A stretch of DNA of 63,293 nucleotides, the filler included, from Octopus bimaculoides (Eukaryota), in NCBI RefSeq assembly GCF_001194135.2. It is 7 parts of 7 records of this genome, joined end to end, with 100 filler letters (N's around TTAATTAATTAA, not from the genome) between each part and the next. Parts side by side here need not be neighbours in the genome. Positions count along the whole stretch, not along the records: positions 1 to 3,715 come from NW_026390299.1; positions 3,816 to 12,671 come from NC_068984.1; 5 more parts are not named here. The stretch is one strand, 5' to 3'. Each line of letters opens with the position of its first letter. The first letter of the stretch is position 1. Below the pieces are notes generated by a model. The model saw nothing but the letters and a program-made list of their open reading frames with translations, was not told where the DNA came from and did not search any database. Positions 1-12,671 of the stretch are shown piece by piece. The position numbers and the translations under genes are program-made.

Positions 1-55
1 GGTGTTGATGATGACGATCGTGGAAATGGCAGCAGCAGCAGCAGAAGCAGTAGTT

Positions 56-100
<45 letters not shown>

Positions 101-1382
101 ATTGTAGTAGTGTTAGCGACAGTGTGGTAGAAGTTTCGGTGGTAGTTATGTGGAGGTTGTAGTGTTAATAAATGTATTGGCGGTGTCAGCGTCGGTGGTA
201 GTACTTGGTGGCTGTAATGGTGCTCCTCGTGGTATTAATGATGGTATGAGTGGTGGTTGAGGTGGTGGTGGTGGTGGTGGTGCTGGTGATGGTGGTGGTG
301 GTGGTTTGTAGCTGTTTGTAATGTTGGTGCTGATGGTAGTGGCTGTGGTGGTTGTAGTGGTGGCTGTGATCATTGTGATGTGGTGGTGGTGGAGATAACG
401 GTGGCGTTGGTGGAGTCTGTGAGGAGGTGGCGATTGAAGTGATGATGATGATGATGATGATGAGGATGAGGATGATGGTGGAGCTGGTGGTGTTGGTGGG
501 TGTGGTAATCTTAAGAGTAGTATTAATGGTCATGGAAGTGGTAGTGGTGGTGGTGGTAGCTGTAGATGCTGGTTGTGATGATGATGATGGTACTTGTGAT
601 GGTGGTGATCACATGACAGTATTATGATGATGGAGGTTATGGAGATGCTGGTTTATGATGTTTGTTATGATGATGGTAGTTATGATGATGATGGTGGTTA
701 TAATGATGATGGCTGTTATGTTAATGAGGATGATGGTCGCGATGATCGGACTCATGACGATGGGACTCACGAGGATAAGACTCTTGACGATGGGACTCAT
801 GACGATGAGACTCTTGGCGATGGGACTCATGACGATGGGAGTCATGATGATGGGACTCATGACGATGGGAGTCATGATGATGGGACTCATGACGATGGGT
901 CACTTGACGATGGGAGTCATGACGATGGGACTCATAACGATGGGAGTCATGACGATGGGACTCATGACGATGGGGGTCATGATGATGGGACTCATGACGA
1001 TGGGTCACTTGACGATGGGAGTCATGGCGATGGGAGTCATGACGATGGGACTCATGACTATGATGATGATAATGATAGCGGTGGTGGTGGTGGTGGTGTT
1101 GGTGTTGGCGATGACGTTGATGATGACAGTGGTGGAGATGGTGATGATGATGGTGATCATATCGACAATAATGATGATGATGATAATGATGGTGGTAGTG
1201 GCGGTGGTTGTGGTAGTGGTGGTGATGATGATGACGGCAATAATAATAACGATAATAACGATGATGATGATGATGATGTGGTGATAGTGATGGCGGTGGA
1301 GACGGCGCGAACGCCTACGACAGCAACGACGGCGGCGGCGGTGATTATGGTGACGATAATGATACAAACGGTGATTATAATG

Positions 1383-1415
<33 letters not shown>

Positions 1416-1420
1416 AAAAC
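1..1420. repeat. Low-complexity trinucleotide field (GTA/GGT/GAT/AAC) containing a 15-bp minisatellite
   Basis: Runs of (GTA)n, (GGT)n, (GAT)n and (ACA)n. The overlapping ORFs listed here in several frames are homopolymer-like translations. Confidence 0.9.
741..1055 (+). repeat. 15-bp tandem repeat, 21 units, consensus GACGATGGGA(C/G)TCAT (reads DDG[T/S]H in one frame)
   Basis: Units read directly from the sequence; substitutions only, no indels. Confidence 0.9.
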
Positions 1421-1696
1421 AACGACGCTGACGCTGACAATACAGTTACTGTTGACATATCTATTACAGTTAGCAGTGACGTGGAGCTGTCATGTCCGCA
1501 AATCATGCAGACACGATTAAATGGCCGCTCTGTTTTCTTGCTCCTATTTCTAGGCCGCCATGACACTCGCACAGCGGAAGTGCAGAATGGACGTAAGCAC
1601 TTTTCGGTGTTTGTGTTGTTGTTGCCGAAACGTGAGGCTGGACGTGGGCGTATGTGTGTACGTGTGTGTGTACGTGGGTGTGTGTGACTGCGTGTG

Positions 1697-1761
<65 letters not shown>

Positions 1762-1861
1762 AACAGACACTGAGTGTGCGTATGTGTGTGTTTGCAAATT
1801 GCTGTTTATGTGTGTTGTCTGTGTGTGTACGCAAGGTTTGTTTCTAAATGTGTGTGTATTC

Positions 1862-1909
<48 letters not shown>

Positions 1910-3065
1910 ACATATATATATATATATATACATACACACAATTTGCTTTCATACATATATATATATATATNNNNNNNNNNNNNNNNNNNNNNNNNNNNNN
2001 NNNNNNNNNNNNNNNNNNNNNNNNNNNNNNNNNNNNNNNNNNNNNNNNNNNNNNNNNNNNNNNNNNNNNNNNNNNNNNNNNNNNNNNNNNNNNNNNNNNN
2101 NNNNNNNNNNNNNNNNNNNNNNNNNNNNNNNNNNNNNNNNNNNNNNNNNNNNNNNNNNNNNNNNNNNNNNNNNNNNNNNNNNNNNNNNNNNNNNNNNNNN
2201 NNNNNNNNNNNNNNNNNNNNNNNNNNNNNNNNNNNNNNNNNNNNNNNNNNNNNNNNNNNNNNNNNNNNNNNNNNNNNNNNNNNNNNNNNNNNNNNNNNNN
2301 NNNNNNNNNNNNNNNNNNNNNNNNNNNNNNNNNNNNNNNNNNNNNNNNNNNNNNNNNNNNNNNNNNNNNNNNNNNNNNNNNNNNNNNNNNNNNNNNNNNN
2401 NNNNNNNNNNNNNNNNNNNNNNNNNNNNNNNNNNNNNNNNNNNNNNNNNNNNNNNNNNNNNNNNNNNNNNNNNNNNNNNNNNNNNNNNNNNNNNNNNNNN
2501 NNNNNNNNNNNNNNNNNNNNNNNNNNNNNNNNNNNNNNNNNNNNNNNNNNNNNNNNNNNNNNNNNNNNNNNNNNNNNNNNNNNNNNNNNNNNNNNNNNNN
2601 NNNNNNNNNNNNNNNNNNNNNNNNNNNNNNNNNNNNNNNNNNNNNNNNNNNNNNNNNNNNNNNNNNNNNNNNNNNNNNNNNNNNNNNNNNNNNNNNNNNN
2701 NNNNNNNNNNNNNNNNNNNNNNNNNNNNNNNNNNNNNNNNNNNNNNNNNNNNNNNNNNNNNNNNNNNNNNNNNNNNNNNNNNNNNNNNNNNNNNNNNNNN
2801 NNNNNNNNNNNNNNNNNNNNNNNNNNNNNNNNNNNNNNNNNNNNNNNNNNNNNNNNNNNNNNNNNNNNNNNNNNTCTATTGCTCTGTACGCCTCGCTCTC
2901 CCTCTCACTCTCACTCTGTATCTCTCTCCCCCTCTGTCTGTCTGTCTCTCTCTCTCTCTCGCTCTGTATCTATCTATCTGTGTCTCTCTCCCGTTCGCTC
3001 GTTCGCTCGAACGCCTTTCTAAATGGAAAAATATTGTGACATGCCCTGCATGTTAAAACTGTGAG

Positions 3066-3112
<47 letters not shown>

Positions 3113-3715
3113 GGGAGGAAAGAGATCGATGGGAAGAGAGGGAGTGAAACTGATAATATGCATGCGTGTATATACGGCTGTTTATATATAAGAGTGCGTA
3201 TATGCTAGCGAGTATTGATGTGCATCTACGCAACATATATGCATGTTTGTAACCATAACCGGCCATGTTTGTCAACTTCTTGAGCGGCTGTCTAAGAGTA
3301 TCTTGGCATATCTTTGTTAGAGTGTAACCCGAGCAGTGGCATGATTAGACACGATGTTTACAGACAGGAACTCGACGGATGATTGGGGTCTCTGAGTTGT
3401 TGATGTACGAGCTTGAACTTACGAGGGACATCACCCCCCCCCAAACAGAGTCTTCTATTCTTTTATTATGTTACTTGCTTCAGTCATCTGACAGCGGCCA
3501 TGTAGGAGCCCATCACCTTAAAAGGCTTTTAGTTGAAGAAATCGACTCCAGGGACTCGTAAGCTGAGTACGTATTCTTTCGGCCTGTTTTTTTTTGCCGA
3601 AGCGATAAGTTACGGGGACGAAAACACACCAACATCGGTTGTGAATCGATGGTGGGAGAAGAAACACTGGCACACAAATACATACGTCGGCCCAGAGGCT
3701 ATAGCAGAAGACACT

Positions 3716-3815
3716 NNNNNNNNNNNNNNNNNNNNNNNNNNNNNNNNNNNNNNNNNNNNTTAATTAATTAANNNNNNNNNNNNNNNNNNNNNNNNNNNNN
3801 NNNNNNNNNNNNNNN
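3716..3815. other. Scaffolding gap with TTAATTAATTAA linker (same at 12672-12771, 13823-13922, ~31907-32006, ~57637-57737, ~62066-62165)
   Basis: ~100-nt N blocks with an identical central 12-mer that has stops in all six frames; a technical join. Confidence 0.9.
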
Positions 3816-3878
<63 letters not shown>

Positions 3879-3881
<3 letters not shown>

Positions 3882-4296
3882 GTACAATATCGACTTTTTG
3901 GCCGCTGATGATCCGGATATTCTTATAAGCCGAATTAATTTTCATTAATGTAGAGGTAACTGTATTTCATTTAATCGCTTAGAGTGTGTTGAGCGAAATG
4001 ACCACCTCTAGTTCGGAAAAGATCAGTAATCCGGAAAGGCTTTGCAACCGAAGGTTCTAGAAAGTCAATACAGCGAACAGCACTTAGACATCTCTCTACG
4101 AGTGCTGAGCTACTACTGACGCTTGGTGGTAAGTGGTGGCCGACCTGCCAAGCATTTCCACGTCATGCCTGAGTGAGTCGGGTCACGTTGGTCAGCGGTT
4201 TGCGCACCAAATGACCCCTGTTATGACGCGCTCCACAAAAGTTCGGTTTTGGGGGCTTTTCGGATTTTAGATTTCGGATAAAGGATTGTGTACCTG
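3879..4296. mobile_element. pogo/Tigger-like non-autonomous DNA element remnant
   Basis: Ends CAGGTACA...TGTACCTG followed by TA. The right end reverse-complements to CAGGTACACAATCCTTTATCCGAAAT, resembling Tigger/MER2-type TIRs. The inverted match is short. Confidence 0.45.
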
Positions 4297-4937
4297 TATA
4301 ATTTCCCTAAGTGGTGATTTTATTTATAGCTAATGGGTGATTTTATTTATAGCTAATTGGTGATTTTATTTATAACTACCGTTGAATTTTTTGCTATTAC
4401 AATTCATTTAACAATTAGGTTACACAAAGTTTTCAGAAAGCCAAATGAAAAATTCTCTTAATGTAAAATCATGCTACCCTCACATAGAGCTAAAAAAAGA
4501 ACCTCGTCTACGATACTGGAAGTTGGTGTATCAGAGAAAATTTAATTGTATAATTGGATGCTATTGGGTGTTGACCGTAGTGTAGAAATAAATGTAAACA
4601 ATAATTGAATCGAAAAACTCTGCGTGAAAGCGTGTGAAAAATATTCAGAATAAAAAAAGAATACGTGTGGGAATAGAAATTGCGAATGATAAAAAGGAAT
4701 ATGTTACAAGTAAGTCCCCAAAAGGAGGGTGTGTGTGTTTAAAATCAAAATTAAAATTGAAGATTAAAATAAGTAAATAAAAATACACTAAAAATAAAAG
4801 AAAAGAAAAGGAAGGAAAGAAAATAAAAAAAGAGGAAAAAGTAGAAAAAAAAAGAGAAAGTAAAGTAGAAAAAGAAAGAGAAAATGAAATAAGGGGGAAA
4901 TAACTATCAAATTGTCCTCTGTATTAATCGGTTCACA

Positions 4938-5330
4938 GTGGAGGCGCAATGACCCAGTGGTTAGGGCAGCGGACTCGTGGTCATAGGATCGCGGTTTCGA
5001 TTCCCAGTCCGGGCGTTGTGAGTGTTTATTGAGCGAAAACACCTAAAGCTCCACGAGGCTCCAGCAGGGGATGGTGGCGAACCCTGCTGTACTCTCTCAT
5101 CACAACTTTCCCTCACTCTTACTTCCTGTTTCTGTTGTGCCTGTAATTCAAAGGGTCAGCCTTGTCACACTCTGTGTCACGCTGAATATCCCCGAGAACT
5201 ACGTTAAGGGTACACGTGTCTGTGGAGTGCTCAGCCTCTTGCACGTTAATTTCAGGAGCAGGCTGTTCCGTTGATCGCATCAACTGGAACTCTCGACGTC
5301 GTAACCGACGGAGTGCCAACAACAACAACG
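4938..5330 (+). mobile_element. tRNA-derived SINE, full length, with 12-bp target-site duplication
   Basis: tRNA-like head with A-box-like (CCCAGTGGTTAGG) and B-box-like (GGTTTCGATTCCC) motifs, (AAC)n tail, direct repeat AATCGGTTCACA at 4926-4937 and 5331-5342. A 3' fragment of the same family lies on - at ~6015-6130. Confidence 0.85.
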
Positions 5331-6224
5331 AATCGGTTCACAAGAAAGCTGATATTTTTATCTTCTCCATGATGCTTGTATTTACTGAATGTAAAGGACA
5401 AATTGTCAGGATACTCATGTTAGGTTTTTTTTCGATAAGGAACAAATTTTTCACAAATTCGAATTCACCAAATTTTATTCCACTGCCCGTGGAATATTGG
5501 GTAAAGATATCCCTACTCTTGCAGATACGCTATTTTTACCATGCACTTCTTCAGCTACGAAAACTGAATTTACTTCCTTGAACTAGTTAATTACATATTT
5601 CTTTCACTTCAAGTCCTTCTCAATACTCGTCTCCCCTACTTTCTTCACACTTCCTGCGACCCACCCCACCCTGATACCTCAATAAGTGCTCTCCTCAAAA
5701 ACTTCTTCCTCAAAACTACTTTATCAGGGAGTCTTCTCTCTACTTATATTTCCCCTAAATATGTCGTCTTGGATATAAGTTGCTTCAATCGCACCATTAA
5801 AAAAACTCCTGCTAAAGTTGTGAGCACAGTGGTTCCAGTTCCTTTGTCCCAGACACAAAATCTAAACTGAATTAGTTTCAACAGAAAATCGAAACTATTT
5901 CGCTGGAATTCATTTCTGCAAATAAACGCAAAGATATCGTCTATCTGGAGGAACGAGCGTATATGATTAGCATTCTATCGTTGTCATCGCATTTAACACT
6001 AATTCATAATGTATTCAGTTGTTGGCACTCCGTCGCTTACGACGTCGAGGGTTCCAGTTGATCCGATGAACGGAACAGCTTGCTCGTGAAATTAATGTGC
6101 AAGTGGCTGAGCACTCCACAGACACGTGAATGTATTCAGTGAGACTAGTCTAAATCAGAGTTTTCCGACTCTGAGACTACGTTGCACTGTAAAACATAAG
6201 ACATAGCAAGCAGCCTTCTTATAA

Positions 6225-6555
6225 GTTCTCAAAGTGGGCGCTACTGCCCTCGGCCCGTGGGCGTTGAGACGGTCCAGGTGGGCACTGGTACCTAAGGGGG
6301 TGGTAGGGGGTGCAGTAGAGAAAAAGGAGGCGTTGGAGGGAAGGCAGTGGATTGGGAGACGCTATGAATTTATAATATTATTATAGTATTGTATACAAAT
6401 TAGATAATATTATATTAAATATCAAATGATTCATAGTATATATAAATTAGTAAAATATAAAATATTTATTTATGCATGAAAATAGGGGTGGGGCGCTGAG
6501 AGTGGCCATGTGGCCATGGGGGGCGGGCATGGCACAAAAAGTTTGAGAACCTCTG
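6225..6555. mobile_element. hAT (Charlie-like) MITE
   Basis: Inverted ends GTTCTCAAA...TTTGAGAACCTCTG. Related ends occur at ~8161 and ~11905-11920. Confidence 0.55.
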
Positions 6556-7909
6556 TTATAGGTTATACCTACCTTGCTGTATTGCTCAAAGTGAAGGAAG
6601 ATGATCACCTAGGGGTCAATACCTGCACGTGATGAGTTTAATGTGGATTGAACAATTGCTCACACCTACAATCACACGTAGCCCTTAATCAGATCAGGAA
6701 TCTGAACCAATTGGTAAAGTAGATTGGGACGATTGGGAAACTGGTCTCTGACTGAATGTCAGAATGCATGGCTTTCTCAGCATTTAAATAAATGAAGTCT
6801 TTATCAGTTATATAGAATTGTTGTTGATTAGGGCGATAGTAGTTCCTACTCCACTGTGTTTGTTTTCCGTTAAGTGTTCTATGTCTTTTGAAAGATAATC
6901 ATCTTCATTACGAACACGTTGACAGAATATGAATCACGAAAATTTTACTAATTATCTGTCACCTTATTCAGTTGTTGTTCAGACTCAACATTTGATCAAA
7001 ACAAAAGAAATAATTTTTAGTTTCAATTTGGTGATATGAAATTCTAAAATTATAAGAAACGAACGCTTCTGATATTTTTTTTTCTCAAGAATGCTAAATT
7101 AGTTTGTTAATTTCTTTTCCTTGTTAACCACACTCTCAGTATTTTCTTTTGTTTACAAATTCACATTAAGCATTGTTGAAGTAATTGACGTTGCATTCCA
7201 TAATTTGTCATTAAGCAACTATTCGATGTAGGTGGAAAAATAACGTGTACTTCGACAAAGATATTCAACGAAGTATTCAACTGTCATAATCGTTAATATT
7301 CGGCACAAGTCAGAAGTAATCATAAACTGCATTCGACTTATTTGGTTTTAATTAAAAAAAATATTCTAACTGGACTATAATTAAGTATTAATGTACTATG
7401 TATATCAATGGCTAATACATTTGGAACACACACTTATGTAGATAAATACAGGTGTTTCAAATATCATACAGCCTAGATTTTTGATTTATTAGAATTATCT
7501 ACTCCTAGACGATGCATCATGATTAAAAAATAGCAATTTAGACAAGATCCATATGAGCAGGAGAGATAATCTCAGATATCAAAAATTGTCCGAAGCTAAC
7601 ATGCCATTTTAAAAAAGGACAAGCTACTTGTTTGGAGATAAGAAGACACACTCGTGAACACGTGTTTCTACCTTAATAGTCGTTATCAGAATGATAATCG
7701 TTTTAACATATTTCTAGTTGTCAAGGGACTCAGAAATATACAAAAAGTGTTGAACACGTTTATGACCCAGATAATTTGCATACAACTTTATGCTAAATGT
7801 TTTGCTATCAACGGAATGTGCCTATTAATTCTTCTTATACATTAATATTTAATAATAATATTAGGTTGAAAACTAGTCCTGTCACATTTTTGCGACGATC
7901 ACTTTAAGG

Positions 7910-8074
7910 CAGTGGTCCCCAACATTTTCACTACAAATGATCCCTTTTATTTAAATGAATTTTCCCATGGACCCCAGGATGTTGAAAGGTTTGTCAGCTT
8001 AAAATGTTCACAGACTCCTACTATTTAATTTGCGGACCACCAGGGGACCGTGGACCACAAGTTGGGAACTACTA
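7910..8074. mobile_element. hAT (Charlie-like) MITE
   Basis: Imperfect 14-bp TIRs CAGTGGTCCCCAAC / GTTGGGAACTACTA; degenerate 8-bp flanks CTTTAAGG / TTTTAGGG. Confidence 0.6.
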
Positions 8075-9349
8075 TTTTAGGGGTACGTTTTCAATATTTA
8101 CGGTCAAATAAGCATTAATTTTTACATTCTACTGTGTTTTCTTTGAAGATTACTTTATACCAGAGGTTCTCAAACTTTTTGGTATACATAATACCCTTCA
8201 TGGCTACATAATACCCTCAGCACCTCACCCCTATTTTTATGTATAAATAAATATTTTATATTTTACTAATTTATATGTACTATAAAAGAGGGGAGAGGAG
8301 GGTCCCATTGCCACCGACATCATCGCTGAAACAACAACAACAACAACAGCAACAACAATAACGTGCTGCAACAGAAGCAGTAGCGAAAGTAGCTGTAAAA
8401 AGCAATAGCAACAAAGTCTGTAGCGGCATCAACATTAGCGACAGCCACACTTACAACCACAGCGGAAGCCTTGGAAACAACACCACGTGGTAACACTAGT
8501 AGTACCAACATCATCGAATTCAGCAGTCATAACGATCGATTCGATGAAAATATTCACCACCCATTGGTTAGTCCCAATCCAGCGTCTTCCCCTACCGGCA
8601 TGCACAAACATTGACATACGAGAACACATTTCCCTGTTCCATTGTTGGTCAGATCCGGATATCGGCTGTTGCCATTGTGAAGATCACGCCGCCGCCTCTC
8701 TTTTGACCAGGAAGAGCAGACAGGATTTCCTCTATGTGATGGCTGCAGTGAATGAAGTTGCATGGTGGGCGAAACCGAAGTGACGGAAGACAGACACTTT
8801 TTCTCACCGCTTGATAACCGATGTTGGTTTGTTTACGCCCCTCGTAAATTAGCGGTTCGGCAAAAGAGACTGATAGAATAAGTAACGGGCTTTAAAAAAA
8901 TGATAAGTACTGTGGTTGATTCGCTCGACTAAAAACCATCAATGCGGTGCCCTAGCATGACCACAGTATAATGACTGAGAATAAAAGCAAATGTATAATT
9001 TCACTATCAATGAATAGCTGGGTTGGGATATCCAAACACTTTATGAACGGAATGAGACGATTTGGCGCGGCTGTTTAGGCGCTGATGGTTTGACATAGCT
9101 GACTGGAAATTCAGTCTGTTATGGCGACAGTACATTTTGGTGCTGGAGGCAAACACACGCTCACAGGCACTTTTGCGCAGAAATATACACAAAGATAGAA
9201 AGAATGAAAGATAGAGAGGGAGAGGGGTAGAGAGAAGGAGAGGGGAAGAGAGAGACATTACAATTTATTAACTGATCACAGCTTATATGAGCACTTTCCA
9301 TCATCTCGTACATATAGAGAAATATACTCCCACAAATACACAATGAGTG

Positions 9350-9404
<55 letters not shown>

Positions 9405-10929
9405 AGGGAGAGATATGGGGAATGCGTGTGTATATGTATATGTGCATATGTGCGTGATGGAGAGAAAAGGAGAAAGCGGGAGGGAGGGGACAAGAGAAAG
9501 AGTAGAAAATCTAATAAGTTATAAGCTATCGGCGACGCTAAAACGGCTGCGCCAACACGTCTCATATTTGTTTTAGGAAACACTCACGAAGTATGAGCTT
9601 ACCAGGTTAATAATTTCGTATCATTCTTATACCAATCGTTTTATATGTTCCCTTAAAATATCAAAAAAAAAAAAAAGAAATTGTTTTTAACCAGGGTAGG
9701 ATTCCATCTAGGGTGTAATCTATATATGTGTTAAAAATTTCTATTTGGAGAAATTAACCATTCTGAATGTTGCGATGTTGCACTTACTAAATATATGGAA
9801 TATTGTCTGTTTAGAGAATAAGTCTTGCAACTATGGAATATTTTGTGGGAGGTAACAACAGAAACAAGGATCTCTAATTGATCCACTTGGGTAAAATATG
9901 GTCTGTCTTGCAACCATTATTATTATTTTCTTTTTTTCCTGTTAAGGCGGTGAGCTGGCAGAATCGTTAACACACCGAGCAATATAATGTAATCGACTTA
10001 ATCCGTTTGTCTGTCCTTGTTTGTCCCCTCTATGTTTAGCCCCCTGTGGGCAAATTTCGGTAACCTTTCACTAAAATCGTGCGCCGAAGAGGCATGAATT
10101 ATATATGCGTCTGTCAACTTCGTTGCATTAATGGCCAAATACATATAATCACATTAAGAAGGTGCTGCAGCACTGTGTATTTGATGAGTGTTTTGTTGAT
10201 CTGTAATTCTGAGATCAGTTTCTACTTGATAGTAGAACCCTATTGGTGTTAGTTCTGTTACAGATCACAGACTCCCACAGGATCCGAACATAACTCATGT
10301 TTTCAAAGTGCTCATTGAGATGTACCACTTTTGTGTTACAGTGCTATTTCGTAGCGGGTAACTTTATTTAGTGCCACACGCTAGGTATTGTCCATTCTGA
10401 GACAATATGGATCAATACAGAATTGATTGCCATATCTAAAAACACAATTAAAACTTGTTTAAATTTGAACTCGCAACCCGCGAATCTTTAGTTTTACATA
10501 GTATTTTTTTTGACATTTTCATTGCGTTGATTTTAAATAAAACAATATAATTCAATGCTGATCAATAGCAAAATAAAAAAAAAATGCCCACCGTACTTAT
10601 ACATATAATTTAGAACCTGTTAAATGATTACTATTCCTTTATTATCATAAACTATATTTAGAATTAATGACATTCACGAGAAAGATAGATTTAGATATAA
10701 CTTACTGTGAGCAACTCACACATAGAATTAATTTTCATGTGAAACTAGGAAGTAGTTTTTGCCACGAAAGATCACAAGATTAAAGAGTAAAAATTACAAT
10801 TATATACTGTTTGTACTTTGTCTGTCAAAATTTGTTGTGATTTTTTACTCAGCTTTTGGTGGTCTTGTTTGCGTCAATCAACTAACGGATACTTGTAACG
10901 AACTTCCGCATAGTATTATAGATTTATGT

Positions 10930-11250
10930 TGGTGAAGGCCAACATGATGCTACTTGACTCATCAGAATGTGATCTACAGCGCGCATTAAAAATAGTTCGC
11001 TTCCGAGTGATGTAAGGCAGGGATGAAGTTTGGTGTTGTGAAGGTTGAGACGATGGATCTCCCAAGAGAGTTTTTCTAGTGCAATCTGCTTGTTAACGGA
11101 ACATACCGAGCAAATAAAGAAGTTTAAGCATCTCGGGACAGTATTCACGAGTCATGGGATGCAGGAGGCTGAATTGGGTGCTACAATTGCCGGTGTTGGT
11201 GCATTACTGCGCCAGCTCCAGCATTCGATCCTCGGAAGAAGAGAGGTTGG
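10930..11250 (+). mobile_element. RTE-clade LINE reverse transcriptase fragment (degenerate)
   Basis: Translates as A(N)MMLLDSSECDLQRAL ... EQIKKFKHLGTVFTSHGMQEAELGATIAGVGALLRQL, i.e. the RT region after the ADD motif and the YLG motif, in RTE style. Confidence 0.6.
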
Positions 11251-11760
11251 CTAGGGGTCTGGTTTGGACTTGATCTCCATATAGAGAAGAGCTGGAGCAA
11301 GGTGGCGAGCAGGATGCCTCTCTTAACTCGGACCTGGTCCGAGCGGTGGCTATCTCTGAAAGAGAGGGTGGAGGTCGCAAATGTATTTATCACATCTGTG
11401 ATTACCTACCGCCTAACCGTCATCCCTTGCCTCGCTTCGTGGCTAAGCAAGATGGAGCGCTTGCTCTTCCGCTTTTTGTGGAAGGGCGGTGGTCCGTTTG
11501 TAAGGCGCTCTATCTGCTGCCAACACCCGCTAAAGGGTGGGCTAGGGATGGCTTGGTTGTTGTTGCGCAGACATGCACTGAGACTGATCCATCTTTGACT
11601 CTATCTGTATGGTGAGCAGGTGTGGTCTTCGTTCCTTAAACTGATGCTTCCGAGGTTTACTAGTTTCGGTGAACTGGAACTGTGGATCAAACGTAGACCA
11701 AGATTGGGAGCATGGCAAGCCGAGTGTCGTCAGGATCTCGTGCTCCTCCTTCGAGCAACA
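11251..11760 (+). mobile_element. L1/Tx1-clade LINE ORF2 fragment
   Basis: LGVWFG...WSERWLSLKERVEVANVFITSVITYRL...RLLFRFLWKGG...QHPLKGGLG matches the L1/Tx1 post-RT pattern (W..LSL.GR...N, F.W, GGLG). Confidence 0.75.
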
Positions 11761-12295
11761 ATTCCATACTTGTGGTCTGCGGACCCCTGATCGTTCGTAA
11801 AGGTAGCACTAGGGATTCATAAACACGTTAATCTGAGAAAACTTTCAATATCCTGGGGTCCGTTGGAAAACTCATTTAAATAAAAGGGGTCCTTGGTAGT
11901 GAAAAGGTTGGGAACCACTGGCATAGAGGATACTAAAATACTAATTTTGAAAAGAGGTTTCTGTAATTAAAACGTCTTTGTGAAGCATAACATTGCACTC
12001 TACCTCACAATCGCAAGCAATTCTCTTTTAAAAAATAGAAAAAGAACTGTCAAAAACCTGCTCTCTCTCTCTTTCTCTCTCTCTCTCCCTCTCCCCCCTC
12101 TCTCTCTCCATCTCTCTCCCTCTCTTGCTCTGTTTCTCTCTCTCACGTTCTCTCTATCTTTCTTTACAACAGGACTCTTCTCTGCACTGACCGTGAGAGA
12201 AAATGGTGGGCGAAACTTCCTGACTGGTTATTAATACATGTTTCCCACCGCTTCCCCGTTAATAGCCATTGCGGTTTGTTTTACGCCACAAAGTG

Positions 12296-12330
12296 TTTAA
12301 AAGCGATGCAGAAATCAAACAATTTCAGTT
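12296..12330 (+). promoter_or_regulatory. Core promoter: TATA-like box TTTAAAAG (12296-12303) and Inr TCAGTT (12325-12330; predicted +1 = A12327)
   Basis: 31-bp spacing from the first T to the Inr A is the canonical TATA-Inr geometry; it lies 81 nt upstream of an ATG in strong context (GAAATGG). Confidence 0.5.
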
Positions 12331-12407
12331 GCAGCCTAAACTTCACACTTTATGCTTAACACTTTAATCAATATATATACATTTATATTGACAAATATTT
12401 CATCGAA

Positions 12408-12671
12408 ATGGGCTTTGAAGATTTTCTCCAGAAATACCAACATAAACCAGTTTGGCTGTCATTAATTTTGGTTCATGTCTTATTTATTACTCCATCATAT
12501 TCTCAGAAAAGCTGTAGAAGTAGCGGTGAATTTTTGTGTCATGAAACAAACATTTCCCAATTCTATCAGTGTACAGGAGATGAAACTGGTATATTACATA
12601 CTTGTGCTCAAGGACTACATTTCAATCCATCAGTTAAAATCTGTGACTGGCCAGGCAGTAACTATTGCAGT
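12408..12671 (+). CDS. Secreted chitin-binding peritrophin-A (CBM14/ChtBD2) domain protein, 5' part; truncated by a gap
   Basis: MGFEDFLQKYQHKP-VWLSLILVHVLFI-TPSYS (signal-peptide-like), then CRSSGEFLCHETNISQFYQCTGDETGILHTCAQGLHFNPSVKICDWPGSNYC: six Cys plus FYxC, CxxGLxFN and CDWP hallmarks of CBM14. Confidence 0.88.

Noticed and set aside
655-1284. Met-rich ORF (MTMG repeats) suggesting a reflectin
   Set aside because: It lacks the reflectin M/FD-x5-MD-x5-MD repeat and the Tyr/Arg/Trp richness; it is an alternate frame of the 15-bp array.
1774-3056. 400-aa ORFs (also at 21902-22540 and 40547-41647)
   Set aside because: They are stop-free only because they span N gaps and dinucleotide repeats.
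3760-3771. Recurrent palindromic TTAATTAATTAA motif
   Set aside because: It always sits in the centre of ~100-N blocks; an assembly linker, not biology.
4938-5015. Possible tRNA gene
   Set aside because: It is the head of a SINE with body, tail and TSD; no complete cloverleaf is evident.
8460-8790. 98-aa Cys/His-containing ORF (8487-8783)
   Set aside because: No recognisable domain or splice support; more likely a decayed retroelement fragment.
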